Made by a program: the position numbers and the translations under genes. A model generated the notes under the pieces. That model saw only the letters and a list, made by a program, of their open reading frames with translations, was not told the DNA's origin and did not search any database. Shown here piece by piece: positions 12,125 through 23,319 of a stretch of DNA of 64,000 nucleotides. The first letter of the stretch is position 1. Each line of letters starts with the position of its first letter. Source of the stretch: Gammaproteobacteria bacterium (GTDB lineage: Bacteria; Pseudomonadota; Gammaproteobacteria; JBCCGL01). The DNA lies in the NCBI GenBank assembly GCA_965277715.1, contig OZ255836.1, forward strand, positions 1,472,001-1,536,000. The letters run 5' to 3'.

Positions 12125-13753
12125 TTATGCCAACCACATAAACTCGGGCCACTCACAAGCACCCAACTGGCCCAGAGGCACTGTAGGCATACCCATGACA
12201 TTGTTCGCAATACCATCGTTGATATTGGAGAACGCCGGTATCACCATGCCACTGTGTTCGTGAATCAGCATTTGCATTTCACAATACATATCGTGGCGTT
12301 TAGCTGGGTCAGTTTCCGACAGTGACAACTTGAGCAGTTCACCCATGCGGTCATTGTTCCAATAGGTATCATTCCAGGAAGCACCCGGCGCAAACTGGAT
12401 AGCCATCTGTGAATTTGCGGTTGGGCGCATATTCCAGGTGACCACGTTCAATGGCTCATTCATCCATACCGCACCCCAGTAACCATCGGTAGGTACTTTC
12501 TTCAATTTTAAGTCAAAACCAATCTTGGCGCAGTTGGCCTGTGCCAGCAGTACGGCATCTTCGATACCAGGGGTTACCGGGGCAACAAACAATTCGGCTG
12601 AACTGTAACCCGATTTCTCGAAATAAAATTTGGCCTTATCTGGATCGAAACCGCGTTGTGGCAATTCACTGCAAAAGTCCGGGCCGTGGGCTGCCATAAT
12701 CGGCGTATCATTACCGATAGAACCTTTGCCCTTGAGCACGCGCTTTACAATGCGTTCGCGATCCTGAATATACTGCATGCCCTTGACAAAATCGTCGTTG
12801 TCACCGGGTGCCGCGTTCTTCAGGCAGCAAATGCCCAGTTGTAATGCAGCCGGTGTCGACAATAAGGTAACACCATCGGCAGACTCTATTTGGCGAAATG
12901 CCTTGGGGTCGATTGAGGTAGCGAGCTGTATATCGCCGGCAAGCAGGGCATTGACCCGGGCAACGGGGTCAGTAATGGCAGTAATTTCAATCGCATCCAG
13001 GTTACCCCCTTCACGCCAGTAGTTTTCATTGCGTTTGTGAACTGATTTCACACCCGGTTCAAATGACTCCATAGTATATGGGCCAGTACCATTACCCTCA
13101 CCTTTGGTGCCATTTTTAATGATTTTGGTCTGAAACAGGCCCAGCAGCGTTGGCAGATCTGCGTTAGAAGTGTTCATGATTGCTTTCACTTCGTGGGAAC
13201 CCACTTTTTTCCACTCTTCCACTGAAGCGAGTACCGATTTGATGACCGACGTAGAGTCTTCACCCAGATGGCGGCTCATGCTGTAAACCACATCATCAGC
13301 AGTTAGGGGTGAACCATCGTGAAATTCGACACCCTTGCGGATCTTGAAGGTCCATTCAGAGGCGTCTGAATTGGGTTCAAATGATTCAGCCAGCTCGGGC
13401 TGGGGCACCAAATCATTCGAGTGCTGAATCAGGCTGTTATACGTTGCGCGGCCACGCGTGTAGTCGATCGTCGAGGTAAACAATATTGGGTCGAGTTGGT
13501 CATCTGGACCGTGGAGGTTAGATGCCATTCTGACTGTGCCGCCCTTTTTGGGTGTCGACGCCATAACACTACCGGCCTGGGTAAATAAATGGCCCGCCGT
13601 CGCTGCAGTGACACCACCGGCCACCATCCAAGTCAGGGCCTCACGACGGCTCATGCCACGATTCATTGCTTTTAGCAAAAAATTGCGGTCTTTGCTGTCG
13701 AGCATATCAATATCACACGCATCAGAATGGGGTATTGTTGGTTTATCTTGCAT
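12125..13753 (-). CDS. Family 5 ABC substrate-binding protein with Tat signal
   Basis: SRREAL twin-arginine motif; PELAES, IRKGVEFHDG, GTGPY. Confidence 0.9.
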   Translation of the reverse strand: MQDKPTIPHSDACDIDMLDSKDRNFLLKAMNRGMSRREALTWMVAGGVTAATAGHLFTQAGSVMASTPKKGGTVRMASNLHGPDDQLDPILFTSTIDYTRGRATYNSLIQHSNDLVPQPELAESFEPNSDASEWTFKIRKGVEFHDGSPLTADDVVYSMSRHLGEDSTSVIKSVLASVEEWKKVGSHEVKAIMNTSNADLPTLLGLFQTKIIKNGTKGEGNGTGPYTMESFEPGVKSVHKRNENYWREGGNLDAIEITAITDPVARVNALLAGDIQLATSIDPKAFRQIESADGVTLLSTPAALQLGICCLKNAAPGDNDDFVKGMQYIQDRERIVKRVLKGKGSIGNDTPIMAAHGPDFCSELPQRGFDPDKAKFYFEKSGYSSAELFVAPVTPGIEDAVLLAQANCAKIGFDLKLKKVPTDGYWGAVWMNEPLNVVTWNMRPTANSQMAIQFAPGASWNDTYWNNDRMGELLKLSLSETDPAKRHDMYCEMQMLIHEHSGMVIPAFSNINDGIANNVMGMPTVPLGQLGACEWPEFMWLA

Positions 13754-14322
13754 GGAATTCCTCCTGCTTTATTAAAAAATAGTATGTTACAGAATTTATG
13801 TGTGGAATGATCATTTCAACACATAATAAGAAGTTATTAGGTAGAGACCCGAGCTTCAAGAACACATCCTTATCCAATCCGGGTATTTTATCAACTTTAA
13901 TTTCATGGCGAGCACAATAAGCTATAAACAACTACAACACAGGCGACATGAGTTAGTTAGTTAGCGTCTTAGTGAAACACCATTCATACACGAATAGCCA
14001 ACTACCTGTATCCGGCAGGCTTTGCAATACAACGATCTGATCTAAACGATATGCCAATTAGTGAGATCGCGGGGGAGGAGGGCTAAGTGAAATTTGCAGG
14101 TTCGCATTTTCATTGAAGTTGCTGGAGATTAGTGGTTGACCACCATCCTCGGTATCGAGGGTATACCCTGATTATTCACTCGTACACCGTGTATCTTATA
14201 TTGTCGGGTTCAGTTAGCCCACAAGCGTGCCAGAGCAAGACGTTTTTGCGCATAACAGAGAATCTGAACCCGATCACACTATAGTTTTTCCTTATATTGT
14301 CTTTATAGTAAGGTGATAAGCC

Positions 14323-14347
14323 AGAAGCGCGATGAATTCGCGCTTCT
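14323..14347 (-). terminator. Hairpin downstream of the tolC-like gene
   Basis: AGAAGCGCGA-tgaat-TCGCGCTTCT perfect stem just after the stop. Confidence 0.6.
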
Positions 14348-14365
14348 ACACATCTCAATGCCGCC

Positions 14366-15790
14366 TTATATATTAGTGTATTGTTCCAGGTTCAATGACA
14401 GCAATAAAGTGCCTGCCAGACGGTTGATTCTCGCTTCCAGTAGATGCTGCTGATAAAGCGTATCCACCTCCTGAAGCTGTGCTGTGTATTTCTCATTTGT
14501 TGCACTCAGCAAATCCAGGAGGGTACGCCTACCTGCGTTAAACTGTTGACTGTAAGCTTTAACCGTTTCTGCCGTTTCAAGGGCATAGTTTCTCAATGGT
14601 GGTAATGTGGCTTTTGTCGCAGCCTGGCTTTTTATCATCGATTTTATTTGTTCACGCAAACCCTGGGCCAGGTCCCGAATATCCAAACGAGCCGATGTAG
14701 CAGCAGAAGCCGATGAACGGTAACGGTATACATCACCACCACCCAACTCCAGATCGTAGCGAAGCCGTAGGGTTAACAGATAATTTGTATCAAAAGCCTC
14801 ACGGACAAAACTGTCATACTCTGAATCACCTTCTTCATAGATACGTGAACGCAATTCAAGATCTATTTGTGGAAACAGTTCAGATCTGGCCACCTCTCTC
14901 TGTGCCGACAGTGCATCAGCGCGTGCACCGGCTTCCTGTAAACCCCAGTTCTGCTCAATGGATGCTTCACCTTCCGTATTGACACCGGAAACCGACCAGC
15001 CTTCAGGCCACCCCGACACCTCTACCTCCATGCCTGTCAACTCGCTATAAATCGCCTTTGCCGAGGCTAGTTGACCAATCGTTTGTTCCAGTTGCGACAA
15101 AATGAAAGCAACACGAGCACTAGCCTGCGCGATATCAGAGCGACGATCAAGACCCTGTCTGGCGCGCTCGATAACGCCATCTCTGAGTACTCTATGCTCT
15201 TCATAGTTTCTCGACAAAATGCCAACACGGTGATGCGCTCTTAGTATATTGAGATACGCCTCCACAACCCGAAGAGCCAACGCTTCGTATAAATTCACCC
15301 GGCGATATTTATCAGCCAGTATATTCTCTCTCGCACTTTCCAGTCCCTCCTGTGTGGAAAAACCGGCAAATAGATTCTGTGTCAGAATAAGATCAACAGT
15401 ACCGCCCTGATAATCAAATTGATTGGGTGCATTGAGCGCATTGTTGCGCCCGCTTACCAATTCATCCTCCCCCCAGTTGTAACGCGCATCAACCGAAAAT
15501 GTCGGCGCGTAAGCTGAACGGGCTACTTTGTAGTTGTTTTGAGCGGCACGCACCGTTTCTTCAGCCGATTTAGCACTCGGATGTGCTTTGAGCACCGCCT
15601 CTGTCGCCGCTGATAGTACACTCACTCCCGAGAGGGTTTCGGCACCTGCCGACAAAATTACGCCACAAGATAACCCTATGCCTATGACATTAAGCCATAA
15701 TTTTTTTAAATTTATCTGGCACATATGCCCTTTTTCCTCATTGTTATACATAGCTACAAGCCCTAACTCAACACACCGATATACAACCAA
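14366..15790 (-). CDS. TolC-family outer membrane protein of a T1SS (LapE/AggA-like)
   Basis: Signal peptide, LTQNLFAGF, QQFNAGRRTLLDLL; true start probably internal (MCQINLKK). Confidence 0.88.
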   Translation of the reverse strand: MVVYRCVELGLVAMYNNEEKGHMCQINLKKLWLNVIGIGLSCGVILSAGAETLSGVSVLSAATEAVLKAHPSAKSAEETVRAAQNNYKVARSAYAPTFSVDARYNWGEDELVSGRNNALNAPNQFDYQGGTVDLILTQNLFAGFSTQEGLESARENILADKYRRVNLYEALALRVVEAYLNILRAHHRVGILSRNYEEHRVLRDGVIERARQGLDRRSDIAQASARVAFILSQLEQTIGQLASAKAIYSELTGMEVEVSGWPEGWSVSGVNTEGEASIEQNWGLQEAGARADALSAQREVARSELFPQIDLELRSRIYEEGDSEYDSFVREAFDTNYLLTLRLRYDLELGGGDVYRYRSSASAATSARLDIRDLAQGLREQIKSMIKSQAATKATLPPLRNYALETAETVKAYSQQFNAGRRTLLDLLSATNEKYTAQLQEVDTLYQQHLLEARINRLAGTLLLSLNLEQYTNI

Positions 15791-16061
15791 TTATAACTGC
15801 ATCGCATAGTTTAGCGCTGCCAGAACAGCGATGTAAATAGAACCTAGCACAATTTGTGATAAGACTCGCAAGCTACTCTGTACCAATACTCGATATAACC
15901 GCCCGCACAGTATACTTTAAAAAAACACGAATACTCTATGAATCAATGCATTAAAACACCAATAAAAACAGCAAAACTCAGAACCTACGAGCAAACGCCG
16001 CCTTGAATCATTATCTAAAATAGTTCAGAAAAATCGCCAGTGCAGGCACGGGCCGATAAAA

Positions 16062-17279
16062 CTACCGCTCCCGCAAAGCGCGCTGTTGTGCTTTTAAAAG
16101 TGGTTTCAACACATAATCCAATACACTTTTCTTCCCTGTTTTAATATCCACCTCGGTGACCATCCCAGGGATAATCGTTAGGTTTTCGCCATTTTTTCCA
16201 ATCAGGCGCGAATTATTTGTTTTAATTTGAACAGCATAGTACACATTCTCTGGTTGCTGTTTGTCTTGAAATGTGTCTGGGCTTATATGCACCAATTCGC
16301 CTTTCAGCCCACCATAAATGGAGAAATCATAAGCCGTTACTTTAACGGTAACGGGTTGACCAGGGCTCAGAAATGCAATATCAGATGGTCGTATTTTCGC
16401 TTCAACCAATAGCGATTCGTCGGCAGGTACAATTTCCATAATAGCAATACCTGGCTGAATCACACCGCCCAAGGTGGTGATTTGAATATTTTTGATCGTG
16501 CCGCGCATAGGTGAATAAATTGTCGAACGGTTCACCGTATCCTTACGGGCAACAATTATTTCTTTTAAAGCCAGCAGTTCATTTTGTTTAGCCGTTAGCT
16601 CTGCTGTGACTTCTGAATAATACTGATTGCGCCGTTCATCGACTTCTGATTTCAGTTGGTTTTCCTCTCTTCTAAGGCGTAAGAACTCGATCTCTGATAC
16701 CAACCCTTGTTTTACCAGTGGCTCTGTCATCGAAAGTTCAGAGCGTGCCAATGCCAAACTGCGCTTGAGCGATGCCAGTTTGCTGTCCAGTTGGCGACGA
16801 CGTGATGTGTATAAAGCCTTTTCTTGCTCCACAACTTCCGGGGCACTCCTGATGAGTGCTTTGTCAAAAGACGGTTTTTTACCCTCAAGCTCAGCTCGCA
16901 GGCGAATGACCGCTGCGTTTAGAGCAAATGACTTCTGCTCCTCTTCTTTAAGTACAGCGTTGCTGATGGTGTCATCGATATTAAGTAACACCTGCCCTTT
17001 TTCGACTATATCGCCTTCGGTTACATGTAAAGCCGATAATATTCCGCCTTCCAGGCTTTGGATAACCTGCTCTTTACTGATCGGTATGACCTTGCCACTA
17101 CCGCGCACCACTTCATCAATTTCTGCCGCTCTAGCCCAAAAAAAGGCAGCAACCAAAAAACCGATCAGGATAAGCAGCACAAGGTGTCCATAAACAGAAC
17201 GCTCTGAAACTAAGGCCGCATTGACATCACTAACAAACAGTAGGTCACGTTTTTTCAAAAAAGCATCTTTATTAGACAT
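16062..17279 (-). CDS. HlyD-family T1SS membrane fusion protein (LapC-like)
   Basis: QSLEGGI, VTEGDIVEKGQVL, VKVTAYDFSIYGGL, PGMVTEVDIKTG. Confidence 0.93.
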   Translation of the reverse strand: MSNKDAFLKKRDLLFVSDVNAALVSERSVYGHLVLLILIGFLVAAFFWARAAEIDEVVRGSGKVIPISKEQVIQSLEGGILSALHVTEGDIVEKGQVLLNIDDTISNAVLKEEEQKSFALNAAVIRLRAELEGKKPSFDKALIRSAPEVVEQEKALYTSRRRQLDSKLASLKRSLALARSELSMTEPLVKQGLVSEIEFLRLRREENQLKSEVDERRNQYYSEVTAELTAKQNELLALKEIIVARKDTVNRSTIYSPMRGTIKNIQITTLGGVIQPGIAIMEIVPADESLLVEAKIRPSDIAFLSPGQPVTVKVTAYDFSIYGGLKGELVHISPDTFQDKQQPENVYYAVQIKTNNSRLIGKNGENLTIIPGMVTEVDIKTGKKSVLDYVLKPLLKAQQRALRER

Positions 17280-19491
17280 GTGAATTCACCTCTGCACCTG
17301 TATCAATGCCTTTGCTCAATGCTTCCAGTACTTTGTTTTTAGGCCCATCTATCATGACCTTGCCCTGCTCGATAACAATCAGCCGGTTAACCAGTTTCAA
17401 TAATGCCGGTTTGTGGGTTATCAGTAAAAGTGTTTTATCTTTTAACTCTTGCTCCATTGCACTGACAAATAATCTCTCCGTATTAAAATCCATGGAACCT
17501 GTAGGTTCATCAAATAGAACGACATTGCCTCCGTCCAGTAGTGCCCGCGCTACAGCAACAGCTTGTCGTTGCCCGCCGGACAAACCTCGCCCCTGCTCAC
17601 CAACAGGCAGGTCAATTCCCAGTGGATGCTGGGCAATCAAGCTATTTAAGCCCACCATGCTGATAATAGAAAGCAGGCGCTCATCATCCAGTTGAGGTGA
17701 GCTAATCAGTAAATTCTGCCGCAGTGTCCCGTGAAATAGGGGAGAATCCTGTTCTATATAGATCAGGTTACGGCGCAGGTCAGCGGGGTCAATCTGATTG
17801 ACCTCGGTGCCATCCATCAAAACCTGACCACTGTTAGCACTGTAAAATCCCGCTATCAACGCCAATGCAGTAGTTTTACCTGTACCAACACGGCCAATAA
17901 TACCAATTTTCTCCCCTTGTCTAACTCTTAAGTTAAAGTCTTTAAGTACAAACCCTGTATCCTGTTCATACTGAAAGCACACATCCTTAAAGTGAATATT
18001 ACCCTGCAATACGGGGCGATTCAGGTAGTGCTTGCCACGACTGCGTTCGGTATCTGCCTGCATAATCGCATTCAGGGAGCTGTAAGATAATTTCGCTTGT
18101 TGATAACGCACGAATAAATTGCCTATCTGGGTTATCGGCGCGGCTACCCGACCCGATAATATAGAGCAGGCAATCAAACCACCCAGGGTTAAATTACCCT
18201 CGATAATCAAATATACTCCGAGCACAACAATAGCCACGGTAACCAGCTGCACAATCAATTGATAGGTAGTCGTGACAAACGATGTCAACTGCCGCACTGT
18301 CGCCATCGACTCGCCCGCGTAAGCCACACTCTCCTCCCAGCGTTTTTGCATCCAGCCTTCGGCGCGCATAGTGCGCAAGGAGTTAATCCCTTCAATGCTT
18401 TCTATCAAAATACCGTGGCGCACAGCGCTCTCATTCATAAAGCGCGACATCAAACGGGACTGTGGTATTTGCGCAATTAACCCAATCGCTAGCATCACAC
18501 CCATTGCCGTCAATGGGATCCAGGCAATTGGCCCGCCAATCAAACTGATTATCCAGATAAAAAAGAAAGCAAAAGGCAGGTCAGACAATACTGTGGTGGT
18601 CGCTGAGGTCATAAATTCCCGCAGGCTGTCCAGGTCTCGCATTTGGTTTGCCATAACACCTGTGGAGGCAGGCCGGTTTATCAGTTTCATGCCCATCACA
18701 TGAGCGAATACCTGGCTGCTGAGCAGTAAGTCGACTTTTTTCGCGGCCTGATCCAGTAGGCGGGCGCGTATCAGCTTTAGCAGAAAGTCAAATCCGTAGA
18801 TAATCATTACCCCTATGGCCAATACCCACAGTGTCTCCAGCGCGTTATTGGGCACTACGCGGTCGTAGACATTCAGCACAAACATCGACCCAGCCAGGGC
18901 AAACAGATTGACCAGCACTGTCGCCATAATCACCTGTATGTAAACAGATTTAAAGCGCCAGACCATGCTCCAAAACCAGTGCCCGGACGTTTCTACCGGT
19001 ATTATTTGATCCGCTCGATTGTCACTTTTTCTGCGTTGGCGACAGAAACAACATTCGCCTATGTAAATCGAATCAAGCTCGCGCTGGGTAAGCACAACCT
19101 CACCATCACCCGTTTCAGGATACAACACCCTGGCCTTGCCCCCACCGTATTGCAACAAAATACAATGCCGGTTGTCTTTGAGGCTGAGTACCACCGGCAT
19201 AACTTGCGCCGATATGTTTTTAATTGCACGTTTTTCCCATCGCGCAAAAAAACCGGCACTTTCTGCCGCACGCAAAAACAGGTTTTTGGTCAGTGGCTGA
19301 TTGCCATGCGGCAACCCGGATTTAAGGGCTTCCGGGGAACGTGGGCTTTGTGATAACTCCGTGAGCAATACCAGGCAATCGAGTAAGTCATCACGCTGTG
19401 GGCTGGGCTTAGCATCGCTTGGAGGGTTACCCTTGGCAACAGGATTCAGCTCTGGCACATCATCTAATCTGGGCATATCTAATTTAGACAT
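17272..19491 (-). CDS. T1SS ABC permease/ATPase with C39-like N-terminal domain (LapB/LssB-like)
   Basis: LNVYDRVVPN, GRVGTGKT, LSGGQRQ, FDEPTGSMD. Confidence 0.93.
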   Translation of the reverse strand: MSKLDMPRLDDVPELNPVAKGNPPSDAKPSPQRDDLLDCLVLLTELSQSPRSPEALKSGLPHGNQPLTKNLFLRAAESAGFFARWEKRAIKNISAQVMPVVLSLKDNRHCILLQYGGGKARVLYPETGDGEVVLTQRELDSIYIGECCFCRQRRKSDNRADQIIPVETSGHWFWSMVWRFKSVYIQVIMATVLVNLFALAGSMFVLNVYDRVVPNNALETLWVLAIGVMIIYGFDFLLKLIRARLLDQAAKKVDLLLSSQVFAHVMGMKLINRPASTGVMANQMRDLDSLREFMTSATTTVLSDLPFAFFFIWIISLIGGPIAWIPLTAMGVMLAIGLIAQIPQSRLMSRFMNESAVRHGILIESIEGINSLRTMRAEGWMQKRWEESVAYAGESMATVRQLTSFVTTTYQLIVQLVTVAIVVLGVYLIIEGNLTLGGLIACSILSGRVAAPITQIGNLFVRYQQAKLSYSSLNAIMQADTERSRGKHYLNRPVLQGNIHFKDVCFQYEQDTGFVLKDFNLRVRQGEKIGIIGRVGTGKTTALALIAGFYSANSGQVLMDGTEVNQIDPADLRRNLIYIEQDSPLFHGTLRQNLLISSPQLDDERLLSIISMVGLNSLIAQHPLGIDLPVGEQGRGLSGGQRQAVAVARALLDGGNVVLFDEPTGSMDFNTERLFVSAMEQELKDKTLLLITHKPALLKLVNRLIVIEQGKVMIDGPKNKVLEALSKGIDTGAEVNSHV

Positions 19492-19710
19492 ATGGTCTCC
19501 ACAACCAGCAACACGATTAAACTAACTTAACACTACCTGCACACACGCTATTTAAGTACGGTGCAAACCGGTTCAAACTGTAAAAAAACAAATTGGACAA
19601 TCACTAAAAAGGCTTTTAAGTAAAATTGCCCCTAACAATCCTCCCTCTATGCTTTGGCTATTGTGCCTGTCATAGCGATATGGCAAAGCGATAAAGGTCT
19701 CATATTTCAA

Positions 19711-20274
19711 TTATTTATCGGCCAATGGTACCGGGCAATCGGCATAGCGCGCCATAATCAGTGCATCTTCCTTGCCATTGTTACGCCTGCCATCGCGGTA
19801 TTTTCCCACCTGGCGTGTACGGTAGTACCCTTTGCGAACCCCCACTTCGTTAAAACCCTCACGCGTGTATAAATTTATCGCGCCTTGATTTGAAGCGCGC
19901 ACTTCGAGGTACACTGTATCGGCACCTCTATCTTCCATAGCATAAAACAGCTCCTGCAGCAGTTGGCATGCATACCCCATTCGACGTTGCGTTGACTCAA
20001 CGCACAGATTGAGTATATGTGCCTCACCTGCCGCAAACTGAAAAACACCATAGGCAACAATGCGTTCGTCTACACACAGCACAATGCAGGCATAACCCGC
20101 ACGCAGGCAGTCACGAAAGACGCCCTCGCTCCACGGGTAGTCATAGCTGGCCCGTTCGAGGCGCAATACCTCTGGCAGATCCGGCTCCCGCATAGTCCGT
20201 ATCTGTGTGAGTACGTCCACCGCAATCACGCTTATTGCCCCAGCAGAGAACGGGCTTGCTTTAAGTCCTGCCAT
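19711..20274 (-). CDS. rimI: Ribosomal protein S18-alanine N-acetyltransferase
   Basis: YPWSEGVFRDCL, GEAHILNLCV, LEVRASNQGAINLY, RKGYY...EDALIM. True start probably internal. Confidence 0.93.
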   Translation of the reverse strand: MAGLKASPFSAGAISVIAVDVLTQIRTMREPDLPEVLRLERASYDYPWSEGVFRDCLRAGYACIVLCVDERIVAYGVFQFAAGEAHILNLCVESTQRRMGYACQLLQELFYAMEDRGADTVYLEVRASNQGAINLYTREGFNEVGVRKGYYRTRQVGKYRDGRRNNGKEDALIMARYADCPVPLADK

Positions 20275-20885
20275 GCATGGCGTTTAGCGGCAGGGTTAAG
20301 CAAAAGATAAGCGGGGTGAAATGATAGAATCAGCGGGACACCAGAACAGGTCTGTGCCGCCACGTCACGTGCGACAAAATCCTCTGGCCTGGCACTCTGC
20401 GGTAGGGTACACATAAACAGGATAAGCTTGAATGACCGTTCAGCAAGCACACCGCTTATACGTTGCCGCCCGGTATCTGCCGGTGCAGTATCGGCTGACC
20501 TGGGCAACCCTACCAAAGCCACCTGGTCACGCCTGAGGTCGATGGCTTTGAGCATCGCATCGAGCAGATCCCCCGGTTCACCGGCAAACGGGCACTGCGT
20601 CTGCTCGTCTACTGGCTGCCAGTCACTGACGATCAGGAGTGTAGATGAAGGATTGTGTAGGTTTTGCTGTTGCGCTACCACCTGGTTAGCAAGCCACGCT
20701 GAAAGTGAACCCACCGACAGTTGCCAGGGTAGAATGTCAGGTGAAGGCGAAGATGCAGACAGGCTATTCGTTACACGACTTTTTTCCTGCCATAGGTCGA
20801 TGCCCATGGCATCCAGGTAGGCCGCAGAGGTGCGATTAATTGCATCGCCGCCGCCATGATGACTGCCACTATGATGGTTTACCAC
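20232..20885 (-). CDS. Degenerate uracil-DNA glycosylase family 4-like protein with psi (HolD)-like N-terminus
   Basis: PFAGEPGDLLDAMLKAI and SFHPAYLL...KRHAWQDL are UDG4-like; YLDAMGIDLW at the N-terminus; GE(A/G)PG motif and N-terminal Fe-S cysteines absent. Confidence 0.75.
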   Translation of the reverse strand: MVNHHSGSHHGGGDAINRTSAAYLDAMGIDLWQEKSRVTNSLSASSPSPDILPWQLSVGSLSAWLANQVVAQQQNLHNPSSTLLIVSDWQPVDEQTQCPFAGEPGDLLDAMLKAIDLRRDQVALVGLPRSADTAPADTGRQRISGVLAERSFKLILFMCTLPQSARPEDFVARDVAAQTCSGVPLILSFHPAYLLLNPAAKRHAWQDLKQARSLLGQ

Positions 20886-21639
20886 GGTGCTCGCGTTTGC
20901 GCAGTTTGCGCCATGTACTCAGGGCCGGGCCAGAAATAGCATAGAGCACGAACCCGGCGAATATGACTTTGGGCGGGTCTATGGAGCTAAAGGCGATAAT
21001 CAATACCAGTGCTATTAATGCCATAAAGGACAAGCGTTTATAGCTGCCAATATCTTTAAAGCTGTAGTAGGCAAAATTGCTAACCATCAGGAGCGCGGCA
21101 GTGACAGTGACGATAAAGGCGATAAAAGGCAGTTGATCCCCACTGAAACCCAGGTCATCGGCCACCCATACCATACCGATAACGATAGCTGCCGCAGAGG
21201 GGCACGCCAATCCCTGAAAAAAACGCTTGTCGGAAATCCCCAGTTGCGTGTTAAAACGCGCCAATCGTAGCGCTGTACAGGCAGTGTAAAGAAACGAGGC
21301 CACCAACCCTAACTGTCCCAGGCCCAACCCACCCAGCGATTGCAACGACCATTCATAAACGATCAGGCCCGGTGCCACACCAAACGAAATGACATCGGCC
21401 AAGCTGTCAAATTCGGCACCAAAATCGCTCGATGTATTGGTGAGGCGGGCCACACGGCCATCCAGCGTATCGAGAATCATGGCAATAAAGACAGCGATAG
21501 CCGCTTTATCAAAGTGCCCATCCATCGCGGCGATAATCGCATAAAAACCAGCAAACAACGCCGAGGTGGTAAATAAATTAGGCAGCAGATAGATTGCCCG
21601 ACGACGGCGTTTGGGGGACACGCTATTTTCTTCTTTCAT
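20869..21639 (-). CDS. pssA: CDP-diacylglycerol--serine O-phosphatidyltransferase
   Basis: IYLLPNLFT, DTLDGRVAR...FGAEFDSLAD, LRLARFN. Confidence 0.95.
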   Translation of the reverse strand: MKEENSVSPKRRRRAIYLLPNLFTTSALFAGFYAIIAAMDGHFDKAAIAVFIAMILDTLDGRVARLTNTSSDFGAEFDSLADVISFGVAPGLIVYEWSLQSLGGLGLGQLGLVASFLYTACTALRLARFNTQLGISDKRFFQGLACPSAAAIVIGMVWVADDLGFSGDQLPFIAFIVTVTAALLMVSNFAYYSFKDIGSYKRLSFMALIALVLIIAFSSIDPPKVIFAGFVLYAISGPALSTWRKLRKREHRGKPS

Positions 21640-21671
21640 GAAGATATCTTAACAGTATGTTGTTCATTAAT

Positions 21672-21704
21672 GGGCCATGTCGATAGATAACGCCGACATG
21701 GCCC
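21672..21704 (-). terminator. Hairpin after ilvC
   Basis: GGGCCATGTCG...CGACATGGCCC 11-bp stem. Confidence 0.5.
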
Positions 21705-21714
21705 CAGGGTAAAA

Positions 21715-22794
<1,080 letters not shown>

Positions 22795-22821
22795 TTAAAA
22801 TCCCTGCCCCAATGCAGCGGC

Positions 22822-23319
22822 TTACACTTTTAAGCAGCGCTCACCCCGTGAGATACCCGCTGCACCTGAGCGCACTACCTCAAGAATACTGTCCTCACTG
22901 AGCGCTTCGATAAACGCATCCAGTTTACCTGCATCGCCGGTCAGTTCAATAACGTAGCTAACATCACTCACATCGATAATACGCCCCCGAAAAATATCAC
23001 ACAGGCGCTTAACCTCTTCACGCAAACTACCACCCGCCTTGACTTTGATCAGCATCATCTCACGGTCAATGTGCAAAGAGCCGGTCATGTCACTCAGGCG
23101 TACCACGTCTATCAGTTTGTTGAGTTGCTTGGTTATCTGTTCAATGACCTCATCTGTGCCACGGGTCACGATGGTCATGCGCGATAAGGTGCTGTCATGC
23201 GTTGCCGCAACAGTCAGCGATTCGATGTTATAACCGCGTGCAGAGAACAGACCGGCAACCCGCGACAGTGCACCCGGCTCATTTTCCAGCAAAATGGATA
23301 TGATGTGTCTTTGTTTCAT
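22822..23319 (-). CDS. ilvH: Acetolactate synthase small subunit
   Basis: ENEPGALSRVAGLFSARGYNIESL ACT domain. Confidence 0.96.
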   Translation of the reverse strand: MKQRHIISILLENEPGALSRVAGLFSARGYNIESLTVAATHDSTLSRMTIVTRGTDEVIEQITKQLNKLIDVVRLSDMTGSLHIDREMMLIKVKAGGSLREEVKRLCDIFRGRIIDVSDVSYVIELTGDAGKLDAFIEALSEDSILEVVRSGAAGISRGERCLKV

